From: Andalucia godoyi And28
Lineage: Eukaryota; Protista; Jakobida
DNA length: 64,000 nt
Assembly (NCBI GenBank): GCA_009859145.1
Contig: VRVR01000037.1
Location: 138,892 to 202,891 of the forward strand
Direction of reading: 5' to 3'
A program made the translations under genes and the position numbers. The notes beneath the pieces were generated by a model that made no database searches, was not told the origin of the DNA, and worked only from the letters and a program-made list of their open reading frames with translations. Below, in pieces: positions 11,298-21,700 of this stretch. Numbering within the stretch: the first letter of the stretch is position 1; each line of letters starts with the position of its first letter.

Positions 11298-11862
11298 CCG
11301 ATGAATAATGACGCGTCATTGTCATACATTCGGAAGAATACATAAACAGACATGGTCCATACTGGCCGACACCGGCTCGTTTGTTTCGCAGGAATTCGTG
11401 CTTACGCACGCTCGGCCAAAATTCAGCCTCTGACAGAGGCTCCGCATTTTCGACACTCTTTAACGCAGCATCCGTAGCCATCTATTCTATCATTCGTTGG
11501 TGTCACTCTTTTTATTCAAATATGGGCATGGGTGCGCTGGGATGACGCATTCGCCTACGCCTACCCCGCTCGATACAGGGCCTCCTAGGTCCCGCAGACC
11601 TCCTAAGAGACCACGTGTCACTACGCCTGCTGCTAGGGCCGTCGGAATCAAAAATGCACCCTTCTCAGGAGCAACGTGTCACGCTGAGAAGGTGGCTCAC
11701 CGATGAATCGAGATTGGGAACGGAGCGCGGAACATCTATCTGAAGAACGCCTTGAGGCGTGTTGGGGCCTATCCCTTTCCCGACAACGAGATGCAAGACT
11801 GAATATGCATGTCTGTTCGTAGATATGCATATTCAGTGTATAAGGTAGGCGAGCACCCCAGC
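11298..11862 (+). mobile_element. Decayed interspersed element, copy 1 (TnpB/Fanzor-like)
   Basis: Aligns by eye with 33402-34140 in two blocks (about 11298-11558 and 11622-11862). Encodes PPKRPRV…RAVGIK/MHPSQEQRVTLRRWL, similar to the TnpB/IS605 OrfB N-terminal motif. Confidence 0.7.
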
Positions 11863-12870
11863 AGATGACCAAAAGCCTCCGTGCAACAACAGGTGGAGTA
11901 CGACAGCGGCAAAAGAGACACGATTCCGCCATCGTGAAAACCAAAATCGAAACTTGGTGACACATGCTTTCTTTCTTGATTACATTTTTCCTGGTGCGAA
12001 ACTCTCAGAAAGGCACAGGCAAAGCATCTCTGGGCAGCAAAACAGAAAGGACAAGCTTCCTGGAAGAAAAACAGACTTCTCAGCGACAACAGTCTAACTG
12101 ACACAATACGGACTGCCGGCAAATGGAGTCGATGCCCCTCCATTCGATTCACGAAACTAGACGTGAACAAAGGAAATAATTGGAAAATCGGCGAAGTCTT
12201 CGGCTGCAGCAAGCTGTTGATGCAGAGGTCTGTCAGCACTGCCAAACGGACTGGCAGCTGCCCGGAGTGGACGAGAAAAACAGACAAGAAAAATGACCCA
12301 TTACCGCAAACATCCCGAAAATGAACGAACAAACAATCACCTCGGCGATAAATGACGTCCAGGTCTTCCGAACACATCATAAAACGACGCCAGCGGCGGA
12401 GAACTGTAAAAAGGACATAGAAAATGCACACCAAGGAACATCAGGGATAGTGGTAGATTTTCTCATCAAAGCGATTCTGTTTGCGGGTCTGCAAAAACAA
12501 TGACTCCAAAGAAAAACATTTTGAACTGCAGAAGAAGCCTGAATGATCGGCTTTCGCTGAATATCCGTCGAGACAAAAAGCACATAAGAAAAGATGACGA
12601 GTCAGTGGAGGTTTGGAAAGACGGAAAACAAATATGTAAAGCTTTGGAGCCAACCAAATGAAAAGTTGCATGGGAACATGAATCACAGAAACTAACAGGG
12701 CAACTGCTCGACAGTAACAAGAGAACCCGAAGATACTGTATCTCTGCATCCCGGCAAGATCAACAGTTACAGAAGATGTCGGGAAAAAGCAGAAGTATCC
12801 TCAGAACTACTTTCAAAAGGAAAAAGACAGAAAAACAAGATCCGAAAGTACCTTTGCCGGATTTCTGGTG
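11542..12870 (+). pseudogene. Fragmented TnpB/Fanzor-like ORF remnant
   Basis: ATG 11542, NLS-like PPKRPRV, frameshift in an A5 run, then MHPSQEQRVTLRRWL. Weaker colinear fragments follow downstream (TITSAINDV about 12336, LYLCIP about 12736, QDP about 12836). Confidence 0.45.
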
Positions 12871-13560
12871 TTCCGGATACAAAAACAATGCTGAAAAGGG
12901 CAGGACAGACCATTTCGCCAGTTCATTTACTCGTCGACTCTGGAGCGAATTTTCGTATATTTTCAATGCACTGGATATGGACATGCTATTCTTCGACAAC
13001 AGAGAGTAAACCGCCAAAGCTTCGTCATTTACTTTGCTTACCAGAATGCTGTGGAATGCAGTCCGATGTGTTGAACATCTCATTCTTCTAATTCGACTGG
13101 GGGAAGACATGCGAGATATTACTTTTGCATCACTGGACACATCTCCAAAGATGGTCTGAGGCTTGCGAAACAACGGAAATTTCTCCTGAAAGTCACGTTG
13201 ATTCTTTTTTGCTACATCGGATACAGCTCGTGATGCATCACTCTCTTCTGGGTATCGACATTCTCCAACCCCTCCGTGGACTGTGATTCATCATTCAGCC
13301 AGGAACTGGGGTTCGGTTGGAATGCTGCCTCATAGTGCAGCTATACAGCTATGGTAAAACATTTCCTTGGAGATGAATCAGGGGTTATTATCTTCATACA
13401 CTACTGCACGGATTGACTTGCTTCCAACGAAGCAAAGCACCAGGTCCAAGAAGAGTAAACATAACGTAACAACAGTAAGAAAGAAGCGACCCAGAATCGA
13501 TGAATGTACCATGCATTTATGAGACCAAGCATGTTGATACGAACTGCTGCACGCCTGCAT
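12760..13560 (-). pseudogene. Stop-interrupted coding-like fragment of unknown family
   Basis: A hydrophobic segment (SILGRFFLTVVTLCLLFLDLVLCFVG) is followed in one frame by four TGA stops and then about 175 open codons. Confidence 0.25.
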
Positions 13561-14764
13561 AGAATTTGCACATTTCGGCGTTATAAGGTTGTTTTCTCGA
13601 TGAAATCCATTTCATTAGTGAAGCCTGCTGTGGTTCGTCGTCGGCTTTCGAATCTTCTGGAGCTTATACTTCTTGAAAATTGGGGAAATGACTGATGAAG
13701 CCCTGGAATATGCATGACAAACTCTTAAATTCATGTCGTTTTCAGTCTTGGATTGGATCGAACTGACGAAGAATGCCGTTGCTTCCTGGTTCCTTCTGTT
13801 GAGATACAGTGCCTCGACGGCCTGTAGTTGACTCCGGCAGGGTACGATCTCATAGTGATTCGTTGTCACGTACGGTGTGATGTACGTACATTATGACGCA
13901 TATCACGACATACATAATGACGTTTTTTATGACGTATGGGGTTACATTGGAACAGCCCTCCGACTTCATATTTTAGGACTTGTTTGTGTATTTGTTTGTT
14001 TGTTTGTTTTGTTTTTCTCCATAATAAATCTTATTGACACAAACTATCTTTTATTATCTCTGATTATCTCTGATATTGGATATGTTACAATACCTTCATG
14101 TACGCTGTTGTCGGGCTCGGATAAAATGGACACTATGTAGTTTGTCGCCGGCCGTCCTCTTTTGGCACGCATCCGCGTGAAGGATTCGTCGAGGGCCTTT
14201 CTAATGTTTCGTCTTCGTTGTGGATGTCGGAAATACTCGTCCAGGATTCCACAGCCTTCCAGCAGACCTTTTTTGCCACAATTGTGAGTGCTTGTGTTTT
14301 TTGTTTTTGTTTTTGTTGTGGCGCACTTCTTGTTGCGACAGGTAGTCGCGTTTTTCTTGCTTGTTTATCAGTTTTTTTTTGCTTGTTTTTTGTTGCTGGA
14401 CACCTAAGTTTACACTGTTCCCCATTGATCCCCATTTTTTGGAAGAGCATCATCTACTCGAGCGAGAATTGCCTTGATTTTTCAGAATTGGTGAGATTCC
14501 AGCAATTATCGTGCTTCTTCGAGTTGGTTCTTGCAGGCAATTTATGCAAAACACACCTGCCACCATAGCGTCGGAAGATGGAAAACTTGCAACGAAGTAT
14601 GCGTGCGTGATTTCCTGACAATTGAGTGATTCGCGAGCTTGATGAAGAGGCGTTCCAGCGATATTACGTGATTCTCTGAATTCAAACAGAACTTCTCCAT
14701 ACATTCTGAAGAGTACCATCTGCCTTGCAGCATAGAACATTCATCATCGTACAAGAGGAAAACT

Positions 14765-15670
14765 TCAGAAGTCACAGACATCTGCTTCTTCATATAGATC
14801 ATGTCCGGCAACTGACGGTGCAGTACGTATACCCGAACGGATGCGATCAATTTCCGTGACAGCTTCCAAGTATCTCATTTTGTGTTTTCCGAGTCCTCTA
14901 ATGTGCCTCTCCTCTCGTTCCATGCGTCGCAGGACATCGTCTCTTGCAGCATTGTCTACTCGTGTTTCGTTGGATCGAATGCGATTGACTCTCACTTGAG
15001 ATCGCTCATGCGCAAAATGCTTATCCGTCAAAGAAAACGACGACATATTATCCCTGATAAACTGTCGGTCTGGGGTGCACAACATATCACTAAATGATGG
15101 GATTGTCAAGTGCTTGGTGTCTGGATAAACGGTGCGTCCAAATCGTGTTGCGATCTCACCAACTGGGGTTGTTCGGTTGAGCATTTGCTCAATATATTCA
15201 GGATCACGGCAGCGAGGATCCAGTTCCTGCGTAGATTGGAAGTGCGTGGACGGTCGATCTTTCGAGGTGGTATGCAAAACTGCTGAGGGTCCAGAAATCG
15301 CGGTCCGAGTTGTGGACTTTGGCGGAGGAGCGAACCGTTGGGATGCAGATCGCAAGCGGAAATCTGCCAAAGGAGGATGCAGCGCATCAGCTGTTGTCCG
15401 GAGATATTCATTCCGTTTCTCAAGCAGATTCTCGTGTTCTGCAACGTGATCTTTCAGAGGAATTGTAGAACGAAGGGCCAGTGCCTGATTTGACACACTA
15501 GCAGACAACGTCATCTGCGATCGACGCGTCTCCTGCAGGCCTTCAAGCGTCATTGTCAAAGGAGCGGTTCTTCGATTGGTCGCGCCAGTTAATTGACGTT
15601 CACGATGCCGTGGGCCACCTAATGGATGACCAACGGATGCATGGCGCTGAACAGGTAACATCCCAGTCAT
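14765..15670 (-). CDS. Hypothetical protein (301 aa, basic, coiled-coil C-terminus)
   Basis: ATG-initiated long ORF with natural composition; no family recognised. Confidence 0.7.
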   Translation of the reverse strand: MTGMLPVQRHASVGHPLGGPRHRERQLTGATNRRTAPLTMTLEGLQETRRSQMTLSASVSNQALALRSTIPLKDHVAEHENLLEKRNEYLRTTADALHPPLADFRLRSASQRFAPPPKSTTRTAISGPSAVLHTTSKDRPSTHFQSTQELDPRCRDPEYIEQMLNRTTPVGEIATRFGRTVYPDTKHLTIPSFSDMLCTPDRQFIRDNMSSFSLTDKHFAHERSQVRVNRIRSNETRVDNAARDDVLRRMEREERHIRGLGKHKMRYLEAVTEIDRIRSGIRTAPSVAGHDLYEEADVCDF

Positions 15671-16653
15671 CTCCTATGATTTTCAAGTTTTGAATACAGA
15701 CAGTTTTTTTTTGTTTCTATGCAAAGCAAAAATTCAAAACAGCAAACAGCAGAACCGCATTCCCTGCGTTCTTGACGGTTGGAATTTTTGCGTGAGAGCA
15801 TCAAACAACATCAAACCGGAAGTATGTTTTTCCGAACCCTTTTTGGGGACGCGATGTGTTTCCTACCGTAGTCCAGTCTAGAAGGGTCTTTCATTCTTCA
15901 CCATTTTCTTATTCTTTCTGTTATTTTCTTTCTGTTTATTTAATTATATAATCGAACCCCCCTCAATCACCTTTCATCAAAGACAAAGACAAAACATCTC
16001 TTGGCTCCAAAGAGGGATCTTTCCCAACAAACGCAAACTGACCATGCTCGAGGATAGCGAGAACAAAGAAACTCGTTGATCCCCTCTCGTCGCAACTTGC
16101 TGAGCAAGCGGGGATGATCATTATATCACGGAGATGTGGTCGATTTTCGTTCGGAATGCGCTTTCAAGTCAGAGAGGACAAGAAGGAGCAATGGCAACAG
16201 CGTGGTCAGGCGCAATGTGCATCACCCACCGACCACATTCTGTTTCCTCCAAACGTTCATTTATTGAATGTTGAATCAATTGGGGAATATGTTGGTTGCG
16301 ATGACCCTTTGATGACCAGCAGTCTGCATTGAAGAGGTGGTGCTCGTCCCAATTAATAAAAACAAAACAGCACGTGACTTGGATCTGTCTTCGGTGACAG
16401 CACAATAATGATTCATGTTTGGAACTGAACAACTGTGTTTCGTTTGTCCTGCAGTCGATTTTTCTTTCTGCCGGACTTTCGTGTTTCCCTATCCAGTCGT
16501 TCCTGCGGGGTTTGTCGAACGCGGGCGTCGCTTTCTTGGAATGCTTTGCTTTTCGAGTTCTGGTTGAAAAAAGACTTGTAGCGTTCTTGCGTTCTTGCGC
16601 TTGTTCAACTTTGCTTCAGTATATTTAAAGTGTTTCGATCAGGTTGTTGTATC

Positions 16654-17655
16654 ATGTCTCGTATCATTGACGGCAAGGCAATTGCTGCAACCATCCGTTC
16701 GGAAGTTGCAGCTCGCGTTAGCCATCTTCGCTCGCTCTCAAACCGAGTTCCTCATTTGGCTGTCGTTCTTGTCGGAGAACGTCCAGATTCTGCAGTATGT
16801 TTACCCCCTTTTCCCCGCTCCAGCACTTGCATTTCAGTTTGCTGTTTATTTCCGATCTGTACTGATCATTCTTGTGCAATGCACTTTCAACTGCAATTTT
16901 AGACGTATGTGCGAATGAAATCGAAAGCCGCTGAAGAATGCGGAATGGTATGCCGCGACGTTCATGTTCCTGCATCGGTAACCGAAAAGGAGCTGTTGTC
17001 CATTATCAACGACACTGCAGCTGATCCTGCAGTTTCTGGTATTTTGGTGCAGCTTCCCCTTCCTTCGCATATCCACGAACCGAAGATCCTTGCTGCGGTT
17101 CCGCCTTCGAAGGACGTCGATGGGTTTGACCGAGTTCATATTGGAGATCTTGCGCTGAAAGGACACACTCCACTGTTTGTGCCGTGCACCCCGCAGGGTT
17201 GCCTGGAGCTTCTTGTGCGTTCCGGAGTCACCTTGAAGGGTGCAAAGGCTGTTGTGATCGGCCGATCGAACATTGTAGGTTTGCCGATGGCTTTGCTGCT
17301 GCTTAAGAGTGATTGCACGGTTACTGTGTGTCACTCGCAGACCGCTACCGACGAGCTGATTCGAGAACTGAAAAGCGCAGATGTTGTGATTGCTGCGATT
17401 GGCAGACCCGAATTCGTCAAGGGCGAATGGATCAAACCTGGTGCCGTTGTGATTGACGTCGGAATGAATGCGGTTGAGCGTAACGGAAAGCAAAAGCTCG
17501 TAGGTGATGTTGCCTACGAAGAAGTCTTTCCTGTTGCTGGCATGATCACTCCTGTGCCCGGTGGTGTTGGGCCGATGACGGTTGCTTGTTTGATGAGAAA
17601 TACTCTCCGCGCTTTTGAGAGCCAGCTCACCAATGAAGGCATGCAGCTTGACTGA
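16654..17655 (+). CDS. folD: Methylenetetrahydrofolate dehydrogenase/cyclohydrolase, join(16654..16794,16903..17655)
   Basis: IIDGKAIA, LAVVLVGERPDSA|TYVRMK, GILVQLPLP, KDVDG, PCTPQG, VIGRSNIVG, ITPVPGGVGPMT. Confidence 0.95.
16795..16902 (+). other. Spliceosomal intron (108 nt, phase 0)
   Basis: GTATGT donor, ACTGAT branch-like motif, TTTTAG acceptor; removal gives PDSATYVRMK. Confidence 0.9.
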
Positions 17656-17929
17656 TTACACGTATTGCGATCGACATGATACTCGTAAACGTTTGTGTGT
17701 GTTTTACTGCTCAAGGAATTAACGCTTCTTTTTCCCCTCTCTGCTGTCTTGGCTGAGGGGATTGCAGCTGTAGAAAGCCCATCGGCGGGCCTTTTTTGGT
17801 GGGCTTGTGCGCCAAACTGACGAAAGAGCGACCTGAACACTCTCAAGGAACGTGCTTTCCTTTTTTTTTTTTTTTCTGTTTTTGTTTTATGCACTAGAGA
17901 TCCAGATCCCTTGGCCGTTGACTTTCAGC

Positions 17930-18672
17930 ATGCGTGTGAACGGATCTATTTGGTTGCTGGTGATCTCTGCAGTGTGCTTCGTGTCATGCACATGCTTTGC
18001 CGATCATGAGGATCTGAGGTACCAAAAGGTCCGTCTTGTTGCGACGTCGGACAGCTCTTCGGGGGCATCCAATCTCTTGTTCCGCACCAATGAACCAGTG
18101 GTGAATGGCACTTTTGCTTTCGACGAACTGGTGGGATTCATGAAGCAGCGCGCAGCAGAATCCAAGATCGTGTTCCAGAAACGTTTTATCTTGTGGATAT
18201 CAATTTCTTGAATGTGTTTGAAGAAAAGGATATTGAAACTGAAAAGAACTTCTTCAAAGCGGATCCTTCCCGGGGCGAGTTTGTTTTCTGGCCTATTGTT
18301 GGCAACTTGCTGGACCCACGCAACTTCTCTGAGTTTGAACGCAAACTTGCGGCTGAAGAGATGCCTCACTGGGATGTTGACGAATTAGGGAAGCGTGTTC
18401 CAGCGATGCATGCGATGCTGAACACAAAATACGATATTCCCCACGTGATCATTGGGCACTGTGAAGCTGGATCCGACAGAACTTCGGAAGTGTTTGCCTC
18501 GTATGCCATTCAGTTCCTCGGGTACACCACGAACCAGGCATTTGAGTGGTGTTCAACCATCGCAGGAAGATCTCCATACCAAGTGTCCTTGAATGCCTTT
18601 GACTGGTATTGCTACTATCTGAGTTATGTCCAGGGATTTTCCAGTCTTGATTGCAATGACTACCATCATTAG
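17930..18672 (+). CDS. Secreted cysteine-based (CX5R) phosphatase-like protein, split by a 1-nt frameshift at about 18175
   Basis: Signal-peptide-like MRVNGSIWLLVISAVCFVSC, LLFRTNEP, P-loop HCEAGSDRT. One extra C at 18175-18176 gives a continuous VFPETFYLVDINFLN. Confidence 0.7.
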
Positions 18673-18775
18673 CAATTTTGTGTGTTTCTGAACATGCCAC
18701 CTGTTAATTGTTCGTTTTTTCTTCATTTTTTTGGGTTTTTTTCTGCGTAGACAACAACATCGGTTTCGTTTCACA

Positions 18776-21700
18776 CTACTCCCAGCATGTTCTCCCGCAA
18801 TACAGTAAAGCGGCGAAAATGATGAAGATGGCTAGCAATGCGACAAGGGTGTCCTGTACATAGACTCCGAGGAATCCCGCGCAAATAAACAAAAAGAAGA
18901 GCACAAAGTATCCCTCAATTGCCATTTCAAGCTGGTCCGCGGTCTTGGGAGCCGAGGATGACGAAGACGGCTTCGCCTTGTCGGGAATAGTCAAAATGAT
19001 GTTCCACATGCGGTTGTCATACTCGATTAAGTGCCATCCATCGTTGGCCTTCGTGCGTTTAGCTCCTCGGAGTTTCGGTGAGATCCTGCTATCTTGACAC
19101 ACCCGCCTTTCCTCCCATCTTGAGGGCGCAATCGGATCTGCAAAGGAATCAGAAATAAACCGACCATCAATAAAAGACGGCAGCCCAGACCGGTTCTTGA
19201 TTTTTCGGGGGATTCGAGACCGCGGGAGCGAAACAGCAATGTTATACAACAAGCCAGTTTGTCGGAACAATGCCAGAACCATGCTGTAACCGATAAAAGC
19301 CATCGAGGGAATGATGCCAGATTGAATATCTCGTCGTTTTCGCAAAGTCCAGACATCCAGCACAATATACAGAACGACAGCGCCAGCAATGAACAGCGCG
19401 AAACTGGCTGCCAGGAAAGGAATACTGTTGTTGTAGATTACAATGATTAGAAGCGGAATCCGAATGCAGTCCAAAACAAGAGACCAGAGCTCGTAGACGA
19501 GGTAGAGCTTCAAATTGAGCATTTGCCGATTCCAGACTGAGAGTGTCAGCACAAGGAACGTGAAAAACAATCTGAATGCCCCCGCATCCCACGAAGCGGT
19601 ACGTTGGCAAAAGAGCGATTTCTCCTCGTGCTTGCAACCCCACCTTGTACATCGATATGGAGCCGTCAGCATCCGAAATACTGCCGAACGCCCACTGTTT
19701 TTGGCCTGCGGGGTGTTCCAGGGGCAGCAAATGAAATGCGCAGGAGTTCGTGTGCCAATCGGAACATTTGCAACGTACTTCAGTGCATAGCCCTTGTTCA
19801 TAGAATGCAAAATAAGTCCCATCTGCATGTCCTCGCCATGAAAGTTCGTGTTGTGCCGCATCATGACTTCCACGAGAGTGTCTCTTCTCCACATCCCAAA
19901 CGCACCATGAGCAAACATCGTTGATCCCATTTGTGACTGGAACAGCTTCGTAATGCCTGCTTTTTTGTATTCAATATCCTGAAAGACCGGCCAAAAGTTG
20001 GGTCTGGTGTCCACTTTGTGAATATTGGATGCCCGAATGGAAAAGCCGACGCCGCGAACGTTCTCTTTAATTTCCATGAGCTCTGTTGGCAATTGTAGAT
20101 CTTCTGGCAAAATACAGTCATTGTCCATAACGCAGACGTACTTTTGCTTGCAAGACAGAAGAGAAGCCAAGTATATTGCAATGGACTTGTTTCCTTCTGC
20201 GGACCACACATACCGGATTGCACCCTCGGCGCCAGGCTTCGAAGACTTGAACTGTTCAGTAACTTCTTTGCAGCAGGAAAACGTATCGAGGATGAGTTTT
20301 CCGTCATTGGGGACGATCGCATTTCCATTATGACACACAAAAATGTTGTCCAGCGGAAAAAGGTTCACCGCTGCCTTCAGGGTGGCTTCCAGAGGTCCCC
20401 TCGGTCCAAAATGAGCGATGAGCAGCGCACAGTCCTCCAACTTTTTCGCACGATCCTGATGAATAGCTTCATCTACTTCCTTGTTTCCCGTGTTCGTTGG
20501 GAGCGGATAGGACACCGCAATCAGTGCGATAAACATCAGTCCAAGATCCATTGCTGCACCGAATAAGAAGACTAGCAAACTGTACCTTCTAATGAAGCCG
20601 CGCAGCCAGCCACAAGTTCCACAAGCATCACACGAAAGTTTTTTGCAGAAGCAAGTGCTTCCCGGACGAGGATTTAAGGGATTCGCATTCATCGAACAGT
20701 TCAAGTCTGCAGACAGGCATACACACGACGTATGTCCTTCGCATCTGCTTGCGCACTGTGGGAGGAACTGAATCGTATCGAATGACCTCGGCTCAGTCTC
20801 GAATGTCCCGCGATCTATTGTTACCGTCTGGCTAGGTGCGTTACACGACGAAGAAACATAGCAGCGCACCACCAAAAACATTACAACGAAGAAGAGCAAG
20901 TAGATCGTGAGAACATTTCCGAATTTTTCATACCGCTTTTCTTTCCAATTTCGAACATCTTGCTGAATCCGTTTGCACAAAACCAACTCTGGAGCCTTTG
21001 GGTCTTCTGAGCCTCTCAGGGTTCGAGACAAAAACAAACGAGCAGCAAAATCCTCAATGAAGAGCATGGCCCCTTTGCGAGACAAGGAGGGATATCGAAG
21101 AACACATGACCTGAGATTTTTCCACTCCTCTTGCAAGTCGTCCAGTTGGTAGAGCATACCCAGTCGGACCATCGAGCACATCAGCTCCAGAGCATGCGAA
21201 AGCAAAGACACCGCTCTCTCGTACTCAGCATCCTGGAAACACATTCTCCCCAGTTTTCTGCAGACCTCTACAATTTGAGGGAAAGCATGGAGTTTTTCTT
21301 CTTCACTCTCGTTACCGCTCCGAAAATGGTCAAACATGTCGTAGAGCAAAAAGAACGAAGGAGAATCTAGAAGCCTCACTTTTTTGCTAATTTCCACAAA
21401 CCTCTTCCGTTTGTTCCACAGCTCACAGGCATTATCAAGTTTTGAACGAATCTGGCGCAAGATTTCTTTCTCAGACGCACCTTTTGAAATGCTGGCTCTT
21501 CGTAACTCACTGAAGTTTAGATCGAATGCGGGATTTCGTTCTCCAACCAGACGATTACGCGACGACGAGGATGAAAAGCTTGTCGATGACGAGTGATACC
21601 ACATGCGACGGCCAGAAAACGACCGGAATGCGGGAAACGCAGCGTCTTGCGACGTCGAACTTCCGGATGCGGTATTTGTCTCGAGGGAAAACGTCACAGA

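Noticed and set aside
15940-15970. GGTTCGATT T-loop-like motif on the minus strand
   Set aside because: The flanks (GGGGG and ATATA) do not pair and there is no cloverleaf, so it is not a tRNA.
16134-16238. 9-bp inverted repeat ATGTGGTCG/CGACCACAT and a nearby TGATGA…CTGA
   Set aside because: A single stem is expected by chance; no recognisable rRNA guide or RNase P/MRP core.
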